DNA of 64,000 nucleotides from Octopus sinensis. Lineage: Eukaryota. The DNA lies in NCBI RefSeq assembly GCF_006345805.1, contig NC_042997.1, forward strand, positions 58,900,001 through 58,964,000, given 5' to 3'. Below are positions 13,730 to 26,025 of the stretch, piece after piece. The notes under the pieces are model-generated. The model did not search any database. It saw only the letters and a list, made by a program, of their open reading frames with translations, and was not told the DNA's origin. Within the stretch, counting starts at the first letter, position 1. Every line of letters begins with the position of its first letter. Position numbers and translations under genes: made by a program.

Positions 13730-14060
13730 CCATACCTTCATCTGGTCTAACGACCGTCCACGTTTGCTTTCGTTCGGTTTCCTTGTATCTCTCCACTGTC
13801 CTGTTCTTGTTACCAACTTTGACCCTCCGCAAATCCCAATTTTATTTGGGTTTTTGCGGAGGCCACTGCCTTCGAAGACACATATTGTCGTTCAATGCGC
13901 GAAATGTGGATTAGATGGACAGCCGACAACTGATGAAGAGTCGTTCTTTATGTTACTTGTCCTGTTTTTCATTTGTTTCTCTCGCTGTTTGCGTACTCAA
14001 CTCATTTGTTTTCGTATGTCATGTTGTTTACAGTTTGTGACGTCCTATACCCATATATGC
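13730..14060 (+). repeat. Unclassified repeat, possibly PLE pseudo-LTR-derived; homolog at 52810-53045
   Basis: Both copies share GAAGAC(A/G)CAT...ACAACTGATGAAG(A/G)G...GTTCTTTATGTT(A/T)C...TGACGTCCTATAC(C/T)CATATATGCAT. Confidence 0.5.
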
Positions 14061-14371
14061 ATATACATATATATATATATACTATTTGATTGAACGCCAC
14101 GCATCCATTTCCAAGTTTATCTTAATATTTTTGATGCGACTCTACCCTTTACTGTTCTCTCTCCGCTATCATTTTCTCTCTCATCCTTTCTCTAATTCCT
14201 TTTTTCTCCCCTTCACCGTTTTCCACCTCTCTCTTCCTCTTTCTCTTTTACTCTCTCTCGTTGCTCATACGTGACCATCGTCCATCTTCCTTTTCTTCAC
14301 GTGATCATCTTTCTGTTCCTTCAGAGCTGTCGTAGAGACTGTTTGTGACGTCCTGTACCTAAATATGCGAG

Positions 14372-14432
<61 letters not shown>

Positions 14433-14433
14433 A

Positions 14434-14650
14434 CGAGCTCGGAGAAACGTTAGTACGCCGGGCGAAATGCGTAGCCGTATTTCGTCTGCCGTTACGTACT
14501 GAGTTCAAATTCCGACGAGGTCGACTTTGCCTTTTATCCTTTTGGGTCGACAAATTAGGTTCCAGTTACGCACCGGGGTCGATGTGATCGACTTAATCCG
14601 TTTGTCTGTCCTTGTTTGTCCCCTCTGTGTTCCCCTTGTGAGTAGTAAAA
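14434..14650 (+). mobile_element. SINE family B
   Basis: GAGCT..GAAACGTTAGTACGCCGGGCGAAATGCGTAGCCGTATTTCGTC...GAGTTCAAATTCCG..GAGGTCGACTTTGCC. Homologs at 18.9, 19.1, 19.3, 38.3, 38.5, 39.9, 50.6 and 59.5 kb. Confidence 0.85.
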
Positions 14651-14671
14651 ATATATATATATACATATATA

Positions 14672-14750
<79 letters not shown>

Positions 14751-14769
14751 CACATATATATATATCATT

Positions 14770-14813
<44 letters not shown>

Positions 14814-15299
14814 GTATGTATGTAAGGAAATGCGCTATTCCATTTATATTACAGTTAATTACTTCTTAAGTATACTTTTTTAATCAAATCATTTCCAAAT
14901 ACACTAACATATATTGAAAAAAAGATTATCATAATCAACTTATTTCAAAAGACATTACATATTCCAAAATATCATATCATATCTAAAATACATTATTAGA
15001 ATCAAATCATTTCAAGATTACTATTTCAAAGTATATTTTTTACGTTCACATCATTTCAAAATACATCATTTAACACTCCAAAGTACATAATTACAAAAGT
15101 ACATCAATATTTCAAAATACATGATTTCAAACCGGTTTTACTTCATATAGTAGATATTCATTGCAAAAACCATGTGTAACGTAATGGCTGGCTACTAGCG
15201 TCCATTTGATATAATGTGTCTACCGGCAGTAACCTTCTTACAGACTCACTAGGTAACAGGGGAGGTAATACTTCATACATTCATAGACCGAAATTAAGT

Positions 15300-15690
15300 A
15301 TACTCTTTTACTCTTATACTTGTTTCAGTCATTGACTGCGGCCACGCTGGAGCACCGCCTTTAATCGAGCAAATCGACCCCAGGACTTATTCTTTGGAAG
15401 CCTAAAACTTATTCTATTGGTCTTTTTTACCGAACCGCTAAGTTACGGGAACGTAAACGCACCAGCATCGGTTGTCAAGCGATGTTGGTGGGGGACAAAC
15501 ACAAACACACAAACATATACACACGCATACATATATACGACGGGCTTCTTTCAGTTTCCTTCTACCAAATCCACTCACAAGGCTTTGGGCGGCCCGAGGC
15601 TATAGTAGAAGACACTTGCCCAAGGTGCCACGGAGTGGGAATGAACCCGGAACCATGTGGTTGGTAAGCAAGCTACTTAACACACAGCCA
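15300..15690 (-). mobile_element. SINE family A
   Basis: Full colinear copy with a short internal microsatellite. Confidence 0.85.
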
Positions 15691-15990
15691 CTCGTGCACA
15701 TTGTACATTAATCATTCAAAAATGTATGGGAATATATATCATATAAATAATAAATGAAATAAAAATAAATAACAGTAATTGGTTAATGACTTAAACTTGG
15801 TTTATATTTTACAATAAAAAAAATAATGATTCATTTTTTATTCTGTTCTGTCAGATTTTATGCACATTACTATAATGGCAAAAGTTTAAAATTTGTTTGC
15901 CAAGTTCCTGCACATCTATCTAAATGCTCACAAGTGTTCAGACCATGTAATTTGTTATTGTTCTTGTTGTGTGTGCGTGAGTGCATGCGT

Positions 15991-16122
<132 letters not shown>

Positions 16123-16369
16123 GTGGTGTCTAGTGTACTCGATTAGGCAGTATTAAATTAGACTAACTTCCTAGTAATATTTAAGGTATGTAGCTCGGCA
16201 ATTACTGCAGCATTTTTCCTGGGATAAAATATCCAATGGACAAGATTAGGCATTCTTTTCCGAACATGTAGTCGGCTTCAAAACGCGACATTGATAAAGG
16301 TCGAAACGCATCTAGTGTTCTCGCTGGTCGCTTCTGAGACGTAATTTCGTCCCCCTCTCGATATCTATT

Positions 16370-17205
16370 ATACTTTTAACACAGTACGTCCATAATCCTG
16401 TTCTAATCGATGTTTCAGTGTGAATCACCATTTGTTGTTGACGATTGCTTCTTTCTCTCACCACTTGCCTAACTAGTTCGCTAATCTGGTCTCTAAAAGA
16501 TTTACACGCCGGAAAAGACACGTTCAGCTTCCAGCAACCAGGCCCATGATTATGAAGACTATTTATGTCAATCGTAGAGATCACGAATTTGTTGTCTATG
16601 TATCAGACGTCTTTAAATTGTGAACAGTCTGTGTTAACTCTGGGTACTGATCAACAGAATACTCTATCCAGATACGATCTAGATGACTCGATCTGGTTTG
16701 TGTATGTCTACATTGGCACTTTTGAAAAATTCAGCCAGTGTCTGCAAGACAGTTGGAAACGCGTGAGCAAAGTTGCGAGGTTTTTGTTCCTCAATCACAC
16801 AATATGGCATTCCACTCACCTGCTAGCACAAGAGCAGTATGTTCCCACAAAAGACTCTTGATACCAAATGAAATATAACCACCTTATTTCTATCGGAGCG
16901 TAGACGGCTACTGACACACCATTTGGATAGAGGAAGATAGTCTCTATTGCGACATCCAGGCCTTTTGGAAACAGCACAGCAGTTCCGCCTCTCAAACCCG
17001 GTCAACTTGAAGAAGGATGCATCTCATAGCCGCCGGAGTTGGGTACGAAAACTCGCATCTAACTGATGGTGAACGCATCAATGTCCTCTGATCTGACACC
17101 ACTGAGTTGATGGACTTGTTTTCAAGGTGACCACGTGCCAAGGAATTCACAATGTATATTCTGAGGAAGAGTATTTCAGATGAATTAGGGGTGAAACCAC
17201 CTGTC
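16370..17205 (-). mobile_element. Tx1/L1-clade LINE fragment, APE endonuclease domain (degenerate)
   Basis: Minus frames give AVLFPKGLDVAIETIFLYPNG, YAP, LLLxxGEWNAILC, RSYLDR and GPGCWKLNVSF...FRDQISELV. These fit the L1/Tx1 ORF2 motifs GDWNA, RSYLDR and GPGxWKLN. Confidence 0.75.
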
Positions 17206-17264
17206 TTTTTCTTGTGAAGTGATTGAAAATCTCATTTCGAACAGTTGTGTTTCCATTAGTAATC

Positions 17265-17303
<39 letters not shown>

Positions 17304-17454
17304 TTATATATATATATATAGGCGTGCGTGCGTGTGCGTGTGTGTGTGTATGTGTGTGTAAGTCTTCTATTGACGTCAAGATAATTTCTTTTAGATTGCT
17401 ATAAGTTTCTTGTGTTGCTTTTAGGATTTGCATGTATGTTAGCATGTTATATTT

Positions 17455-18869
17455 TGGCGAGGTACAATCGTTCCATTGCTTTTCGTTCTTTGCATGATAC
17501 CTCTGACCTTGGTACTCAGGAAAATAAACCTGAGGTACCAACTAAAGGAAAAATCCCAAACAATCAACCACTTCCTTTTCATGGATGATTTGAAACTGTA
17601 TGGCAAAGATGAGACACCAGTGGTTCCTTGGTGAACATGGTCCACTGTTTTAGTACTGATATTAGAATGGAATTGGACTCAAGAAGTGCGGAGTAATCTA
17701 CCTAAAAAGAGGCAAAGTGCAGTCCCTAGTGGAAACAGAATTACCGAATAGCATCTTGATTAAGCAAACTGAGACGCAAGAATACAAATACCTTGGTGTA
17801 CTAGAGTGCAACGAGATAATGGAAAAGGAAATGAAAGAGCAACTAAGGATGGAGTATTTCCGAAGACTGGGGTTGGTGCTGCGCGTGGACAATATCATCA
17901 CTTCAGTATGGAGCGGGAATTATAAAATGGCAAAAGAGAGAAATGAAGAAAATGGATTCCAATTCGAGAAAAATTTTGACAGTACACGGAGCCTTCCACC
18001 CTAAGAGTGACACCGATAGGCTGTACTTGTCCAGAAGAAAGGGTGGGATAAGTTTCATCAGTTGCCAGGACTGTATCGAAGCAGAAGAAAACAGCTTAGG
18101 ATGGCATATAAAAAATGCCGTCGAGCCACTGTTGAAACACGAAGGCCGGCGTCATCAAAACTGAAAATTGTATAACTAAAGAAAAATTCAAACAGGAAAT
18201 AAATTTTAAAAATATAAAGAAAAGCATGGAAAGAAAAATATGTACGGTCAGTTTGCAAGAGATATGAACGCCAAGACAGGTGGCTATAAATAAGGAGTGA
18301 CCTGAAGATAGAGACAGAAGCACTCGTATGCGCAGCTCAAGAACAAGCGTTAAGGACCAATTATATGAAGTGCAGAATTGACAACACTATCGATAGCGAC
18401 AAATGTAGAATGTGTGGTGAAAGGGTTGAAATGGTATGGCTCATTGTTAGTGAATACCCGAAATTGGCACAACGTGAATACAACCGAACATTGTTGCAGT
18501 GAATAAAAAAGAACATGTATGATTATCGACATAGTATGCCCCAGTGACAACAAGATCAATGTGAAAGAAAAAATAAACAACTATGACGATTTAAAGTGGA
18601 AAATACGAAGGTTGTGGTCAATGAAGAGAGTAGACGTGATACCAATAGTAATTGGTGCACTTGGAAGTATCAGCATTCAGCTACTTGCATGACTGAAACA
18701 GATCGGTGCAAGTGTGAAGGTAGAACACCTACAAAAATCAGCATTGCTTGGAGCTGCAAGAATTCTTCACAGGGTACTTGAAGTATGACCAGTAAACAAG
18801 TGTGACCATAGTCTACTGGCTGTGGGCAGCCTACACCATCATAGCCAGCAAAATAAGTTGTGAGTTTTC

Positions 18870-18872
<3 letters not shown>
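17455..18872 (+). mobile_element. 5'-truncated, degenerate R4/Dong-like LINE (RT, CCHC, restriction-like endonuclease)
   Basis: PLLFVLCMIPLTLVLRK, FMDDLKLYGKDE, YKYLGVLE, HPKSDTDRLYLSRRKGG, CRMCGERVEMVWLIVSEYP and IIDIVCPSDNKINVKE...IPIVIGALG...LQKSALLGAARILHRVLEV* (stop 18786-88). Ends in (AAT)n at 18873-18909. Confidence 0.9.
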
Positions 18873-18909
<37 letters not shown>

Positions 18910-19445
18910 CCTTTCAACTATAAGCACAAGGCCTGAAATTTGGGGGAGGGGGATAGTTGATTACATCGACTCCAGTACTTGACTGGTAGTTAATTTATCG
19001 ACCCGAAAGGATGAAAGTCAAAGTCGACCTCGGCGGAATTCGAACTCAGAACGTAACGACGGGCGAAATACCGCTAAGCATTTCGTCCAGCGTGCCAACG
19101 ATTCTGCTATCTCACCTCACAGAGCCTGAAATTTTGAGAGAAAGTTTAGTCCATTACATCGAATCCAGTACTCGGCCGGTAGTTATTTCATGGATCCCGA
19201 AAGGCAAAGTCAATTTCTATGGAAGCTGAACTCATGACATCTGATTTAACACAAGGCCAAATTTGGAGAAAAGAGGTCAGTCAATACCATTGACCCAATA
19301 CTTGACTAGCACTTTTATTTCATCGACATCGGGGAGATGGCATGTAGATTTCAGTGCAACATGAACTGAACTCAATACGTAAGTAGTTGAAAAGAATGGT
19401 TCGGGACATTTTTGTCCAGCACACTGATAATTCTGCCAACCAAGT
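18910..19445 (-). mobile_element. Three tandem or degenerate SINE family B copies
   Basis: 18910-19110 is a good copy joined tail-to-tail with the LINE through a shared (AAT)n. 19122-19250 and 19250-19445 are more decayed. Confidence 0.75.
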
Positions 19446-20179
19446 TATGTAATACCATTTCCAATATAAAGTACTGGTGTATATTTTCTTCTATGCAAAT
19501 TCTCTCGAGTTACATAGTGATGCAAGTTTACCTTTGGTGCAACAAGCTTCGTGTCAATTGCTTACATAAATGAAATATTGTTTTAGTATTGACATTAAAT
19601 CGACTCGTTCGCTGTTCGAGTTGATTTACACAGCATGAAATTTACACAGTATGAACAGGGCTTCAAGTTAGAGCTCGAATTGAATTACATATATATTATT
19701 ATCATTATCTTTATCATTCATATCTGCATTTTATCACTTATATCTGAACCCTTCATATTTATTATATATCATTTTTTTATTATAAACATTACTTGCATTT
19801 TTCTTTATGTTTCTAGTGTTCCTAGTTCTTCATAGTTATCTTATTTTTTAATATATTCGAGATATATTACTTAACGAGTGTGTTTATATGCATCTGGGCA
19901 TATATGTATGCATATGTTTGAGTGAATTTTTTGTATATATTCTTGTTTCTCTCTGCATGTATACGCATGCGTGATTATCGTCTTCTACATATACATCCAT
20001 ACATTTCTTTATGAATATATTTTTATACATTTGCCTGGCTTCATACGTGTGCCTATTTTGCACATGCCTTCTATATATATTATATGTATGTGTATAGATA
20101 AATACGGAGAAGGGGAAGAGAGAGCAAGCATGCGCAAAATAGGCACACATGTAAAAGCATATGTATGAAATATACATGT

Positions 20180-20218
<39 letters not shown>

Positions 20219-20439
20219 TTCGTGTTGAGTTGTATGGAACGTTAAAAGCCTATATCAGTTAGTGATGGTGGGTAGTTCCTGCTGATGAGTGTATCCTTTA
20301 GCTCAGACGCCCCAAACTAAAGAAGGATTTACAACCAAAAGCCCTACCATACATACCCACGCACAATACCATACATACCCACGCACATACATACCCCGAA
20401 ACAATTAGGCCTTCGACACCATCCTCCCGAACATCCCTT

Positions 20440-20985
20440 TACTAAAAAGGAACCATAGAATGGATCAAATCTTCCAAACACACATCATCATAAAGAGCAA
20501 AAGGCAACTCAAGTCAATGAAAAGTCTTCTCACACAGGCCCAAGTACGCTCGTCAACAGCATCGAAACCAACAGTAAAAAATGCAGAAGATCTAACTATG
20601 GTATATGTGTCAACCTAACTGAAGTATCGGAATTCTCTTTCAAACAGGGTCAGCGTTTTACAGAGAAAATCAGCTTCACATGGGCTTCGGAAAACCTAAT
20701 TAACTTATTTAGGGCTTTGAGAACGATATAGTGGTCAAACTAAAAACAGTCTACGCTAGAGGATGACGGTACATAGACCCCCACATTAAAATACGAGAAT
20801 ACAGAAAAATAGTATTAAGCGAGCACATCACGCGTTAGCGCCACTAACGAACAACCCAACTTTAGAATTTTTCCCCTCTATAAATTTAGATACGATGAAA
20901 TCTATAATCAGTGCATTAGCAAAGAAGCATATTTTATCGCAAAATATAGACCTATTTTGAATGCCGCCACCTCTACAGATGAAAC
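20440..20985 (+). mobile_element. Penelope-like element fragment (linker and GIY-YIG endonuclease), older paralog
   Basis: RMDQIFQTHIIIKSKRQLKSMKSLLT...KPTVKKC...GICVNL...ASENLI...HIKIREYRKIVLSEHI...FPLYKFRYDEIYNQCISKEAYFIAKYRPILN; colinear with 22900-23360. Confidence 0.8.
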
Positions 20986-21814
20986 TACTACAAGAATTTA
21001 GAATAATTCCAACCACTACTACTAAGACCGCAACAGGTCACTTTTAGGTCATTTAACCATTAAAGATTCCACGAACAATTTACTGTGTCACAGCACTCCT
21101 GTATTTTTCTTTTCTTTTCTTTCTCTTTCTCCCTCATCTTTCCTTACTCCTACTTCTCTTCCTCCTTTATCTTCTCCTTCACCTCCTTCTTTTTCTTCTT
21201 CTTCTTCTCCTTCTCCTCCCCCGGCTGCTCCTACTTAAACCATCAATTCTCTGTACCCAAACTATTCCTTCAGATTTACTACTAGCCACCTACGAGATAT
21301 TCACAAACGGATAGAGAGACAGACTATCTGAAAACTATGGAAATATTTACCTATTTAAAGACTGGAAATATCTACAAACTCCAATTCAATTGTTTTTCTT
21401 ATTTTACTCTTAGTTGAAAAAAACGTACTTGATGATGAAAATATTTTAGTATTTTACCTTGTCTTATTTTCCTTATATATATATATATATAAATACATAA
21501 ATCCGGAGGAGAAGTACACTCTAAGATCCAGAGCAGTTAATATTATAATGGGGTAGGCTGCTCTATGGGATTATCCTGGGTTCATAGATCATAAGGGGTT
21601 TAGCCTTGCGGAGTATCTTCAAACCCCAAACACTGCTGGCCTGAGACCTCTTTAAGATATGGAGGGGGAAAAGCTTTGTTTTTAAGGGTAAAACCTTAGG
21701 TGATTATCTCCCTTTGTCATTCTCCATCGATCTTTGACCGCGCTGCCATCATGCGGTCACCAAAATACCACGAAGGTAAACGATTGTCCCCCTTCGGCCT
21801 TGGCTATTGGTTTC

Positions 21815-22115
21815 CGGATGTAGCGGACCTTCGTAATCACCATTAAACTCATCCAACTCTTTCCGAATCCTCTGCACTGTCCTCAGATTGACACCCAAAC
21901 ACTGAAATGTTCGTATTGGAGCTTCCGGTGCGAATGCCGAGCAGTACAGTATGTTGTTTTCAAATTTCTGGCTGAGGTAATTGCGTCATGGTGCTGTTTT
22001 TCTCACAGACGGTGCCCAACTGACCCTATTATACTGTTTAGATGACAAAATCAAAAACAAACAATGCGCATGCGCGGATTAATAATATAGAATGGCGACA
22101 ATTTGCCCATCACAC

Positions 22116-22120
<5 letters not shown>
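21815..22120 (-). mobile_element. Tc1/mariner-superfamily transposon, 5' end (TIR and transposase HTH N-terminus)
   Basis: The minus strand starts TA|(T)AGGGTGTGATGGGCAAATTGTCGCC. Its ORF begins MTQLPQPEI*KQHTVLLGIRTGSSNTNIS-CLGVNLRTVQRIRKELDEFNGDYEG (HTH-like). Confidence 0.6.
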
Positions 22121-22185
<65 letters not shown>

Positions 22186-22310
22186 CACCAGAGTAAGCAC
22201 ATAAATGCGAAACCAGGTGGGGGAAAATAGTACTCGAATACCAGAAGTAGAGTAATATGCTTTATTAAAAAGCAGCAAAAGTATTTTTGCTGCTTTTCAA
22301 TTATATATAT

Positions 22311-23360
22311 ATGGAAACCCCTTTTCAACCTACATTCAAAACAACTGGAAAATATATTTTGATGACTGCTTCATCCTCTGGAATGAAAGTATAGAAAAGC
22401 TTAACGAATTCCGAACACTTCTAAATGGAATAAATGGAAACTCCAATTTACGATAGAGTAGAACCAGGAACAACTACCGTTTTTAGATATCCTTATTGAG
22501 AAAGTCGGGAACAAAATAGAGACAGATATCTATTGCAAACCCACGGACTCGAAGCAGTACTTGCCATTTGATTCTTGCCACCCAGATACACCAGGATGAA
22601 TATCCCATTTTGTTTAGCAAAAAGAATATGCGCAATAGTATCAGACGCAAACACCCGTTTCACACGACTGCAGGAATTGAAAACCACACTCATCAATAGG
22701 AATTACCCACAACCTTTAATCGACAATATGATCCAATGAGTACTTAAATTAAATACACAAGAACTTAGACAACCAAGACCAGAGAAGGAAGAAAAATTGA
22801 AAACCTTGCCTTACATTTCCACACATAAACCACATAACAATGAGGCCTTCAACACTATACTCCACAGCACAACTCTACTCAAGAGAGACCCAAAAATGAA
22901 TCAAATCCTCGAAACACACACAATCATCAAAAGTAAGAGACAACCGAAATCAATGAAAAAGATTTTAACCTAGGCCAAATTACACGCAACAAAAACCACA
23001 AAGCCGACAGTAAAAAAGCGCGGGAGACCCAAGTGTGGGATCTGTAACAACATAATAAAAGAATCAGAATACCGATTAGAACAAGGCCATAATTTCACCA
23101 TAAAAACTCATTTTACATGTGCATCGGAGAACTTGATTTACTTAATTACATGCTCGGTATGTAAACGGCAATATATTGGACACAAAAAAAACAGCCTACA
23201 TCAGAGGATGGCGGTGCACAAATCTCAAATAAGGATTCCGGAATACAGGAAAATACCTCTCAGCCATCGATGACTGTGCATCCAACAAATTTCCCAAATT
23301 CACAAGGTTTCCATTATACAAATTCAAAGACAATGCTAGCCAAAATGAACGCATTAGCAA
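22311..23360 (+). mobile_element. Neptune-like Penelope-like element, 5'-truncated (RT C-terminus, Cys linker, GIY-YIG), copy 1
   Basis: WKIYFDDCFILW, LPFLDILI, TDIYCKPTDSKQYLPFDSCHP, IPFCLAKRI, CGIC...FTCASENLIYLITCSVCKRQYIG. A few stops and frameshifts. Confidence 0.9.
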
Positions 23361-23495
23361 GGATCGAGTCTAAATTCTTTAAACTCGCGGTCTCAAAGCG
23401 ACGAAAATATTTTGACAAATTAAATTTAAATGTTGATGTGAATCTAACGGTTTTTTGTGTTTCTTAAATAGCTTATAAACACCTTCCAAGCTGTA

Positions 23496-23569
<74 letters not shown>

Positions 23570-23696
23570 CACCAGAGTAAGCACATAAATGCGAAACCAG
23601 GTGGGGGAAAATAGTACTCGAATACCAGAAGTAGAGTAATATGCTTTATTAAAAAGCAGCAAAAGTATTTTTGCTGCTTTTCAATTATATATATAT

Positions 23697-24745
23697 ATGG
23701 AAACCCCTTTTCAACCTACATTCAAAACAACTGGAAAATATATTTTGATGACTGCTTCATCCTCTGGAATGAAAGTATAGAAAAGCTTAACGAATTCCGA
23801 ACACTTCTAAATGGAATAAATGGAAACTCCAATTTACGATAGAGTAGAACCAGGAACAACTACCGTTTTTAGATATCCTTATTGAGAAAGTCGGGAACAA
23901 AATAGAGACAGATATCTATTGCAAACCCACGGACTCGAAGCAGTACTTGCCATTTGATTCTTGCCACCCAGATACACCAGGATGAATATCCCATTTTGTT
24001 AGCAAAAAGAATATGCGCAATAGTATCAGACGCAAACACCCGTTTCACACGACTGCAGGAATTGAAAACCACACTCATCAATAGGAATTACCCACAACCT
24101 TTAATCGACAATATGATCCAATGAGTACTTAAATTAAATACACAAGAACTTAGACAACCAAGACCAGAGAAGGAAGAAAAATTGAAAACCTTGCCTTACA
24201 TTTCCACACATAAACCACATAACAATGAGGCCTTCAACACTATACTCCACAGCACAACTCTACTCAAGAGAGACCCAAAAATGAATCAAATCCTCGAAAC
24301 ACACACAATCATCAAAAGTAAGAGACAACCGAAATCAATGAAAAAGATTTTAACCTAGGCCAAATTACACGCAACAAAAACCACAAAGCCGACAGTAAAA
24401 AAGCGCGGGAGACCCAAGTGTGGGATCTGTAACAACATAATAAAAGAATCAGAATACCGATTAGAACAAGGCCATAATTTCACCATAAAAACTCATTTTA
24501 CATGTGCATCGGAGAACTTGATTTACTTAATTACATGCTCGGTATGTAAACGGCAATATATTGGACACAAAAAAAACAGCCTACATCAGAGGATGGCGGT
24601 GCACAAATCTCAAATAAGGATTCCGGAATACAGGAAAATACCTCTCAGCCATCGATGACTGTGCATCCAACAAATTTCCCAAATTCACAAGGTTTCCATT
24701 ATACAAATTCAAAGACAATGCTAGCCAAAATGAACGCATTAGCAA
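23697..24745 (+). mobile_element. Neptune-like Penelope-like element, copy 2 (tandem duplicate)
   Basis: Virtually identical to 22311-23360 at an offset of ~1385 bp. Confidence 0.9.
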
Positions 24746-24880
24746 GGATCGAGTCTAAATTCTTTAAACTCGCGGTCTCAAAGCGACGAAAATATTTTGA
24801 CAAATTAAATTTAAATGTTGATGTGAATCTAACGGTTTTTTGTGTTTCTTAAATAGCTTATAAACACCTTCCAAGCTGTA

Positions 24881-24935
<55 letters not shown>

Positions 24936-25085
24936 GTAAATGTCGAACGATATATATAGTCTTTTATTTATTTCAGTCATTAGACTGCGGCGATGTTAGG
25001 GCACCGCCTCAAAAAACTTATAGTCGAATGTGTGTATGTGTGTGTGTATGTGTGTGCATGTCTGTGTGTGTGTGCGCGCGTGTAT

Positions 25086-25700
25086 GTGTGTAGTAGCAGC
25101 TCTAATAATGTAAACATTACCGATGTCACATATTTGATGTATGTGTTTTCTTTACGCGCTTATTTACTGCGGAATTGCGAATGTTAAAAGACACTCAATA
25201 CCTCAAACCGAGACAACTCGTTCTATAGGTGCACGAAAACGATAGATTTTCACTGTTATTTCTCCTCATTAGCATCGTATACCCAAGTGACTGCGAAACG
25301 AATTTAATGCGCTGGTCTCAAATATATATGCAAATTATGTAGGGTCAATCTTCTGGTGTCCAATAGCGCCGCACAAGTAAAACAAATTAAATTCTGAAAA
25401 TTTGAACTATGAGCAGCTCTGATATCATAAACTTAATCGATGTCGCATGCCTATTGTTTGTGTTTCGTTTAGGTACTTCTTGACTGCAGGATTGCTTCAG
25501 GTCGTTCTAAAGCTGCGAATAATTCAAAAAGGCTGCACATCAGCAGATAGACTCTACACTATTTTCATATATACCTCAGATCAGCGAAACCAATTCGTTT
25601 CGAAGTGAGTCGAATATACGATTCCGGTGATCGGGTATACGATGCCGATGATCGGGTATACGGACGCCGATGTATAACAGCGATATATCAATATCCATCG
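25086..25700 (+). repeat. Unclassified repeat family, with pieces also at 29915-30010 (-), 30088-30550 and 30798-31000
   Basis: Shared blocks GCAGCTCTA(A/G)TAATGTAAACATTA(C/T)CG, GCAATGTTATTATCA(A/G)TCCGAATAT...GAACAAGCTACTCA(C/T)TGCGTTTTGTCACG and CAGC(G/A)ATTCATTTC...GATAAGCCAC(A/G)ATAAAG. Confidence 0.5.
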
Positions 25701-25780
25701 TTCTCGTTTACCAATGGGGCGAGTGACTCTGACGCCATCCCGTAGCTAAAAAGAGCATGAACAAAACACAAACATTAAGT

Positions 25781-25863
<83 letters not shown>

Positions 25864-26025
25864 CGGGCGGGCGGACGGGCGTGTGAGTGAGTGTTTAATT
25901 TCTTACTTTGACCATTGGACTGTGGTCATGCTGAAAGGTTCTAGTTGAACAGTTTTATTTTTACATAAGTTTATCAGTTGCTAGGAACCTTTCGAATAGC
26001 TTCAGTGGACAGTTTCGTCAATATA

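Larger units (their letters stand above)
22181..24885 (+). repeat. ~1.385-kb direct tandem duplication bounded by (TA)n arrays
   Basis: 22181-23500 matches 23565-24885; (TA)n at 22121-22180, 23500-23564 and 24885-24933. Confidence 0.95.

Noticed and set aside
14880-15130. Recurrent ATTTCAAAA motif
   Set aside because: Irregular period in very AT-rich DNA; at most a decayed minisatellite.
16270-16320. TTGATAAAGGTCGAAACGCATC as a hammerhead
   Set aside because: The core is mutated, stem II has no partner strand and there is no stem I. Similar weak hits at 20283, 44373, 62467 and 63520 were also rejected.
21700-21815. Possible Tx1 C-terminal fragment (YIRKPIAKAEG...)
   Set aside because: Too short and degenerate to annotate with confidence.
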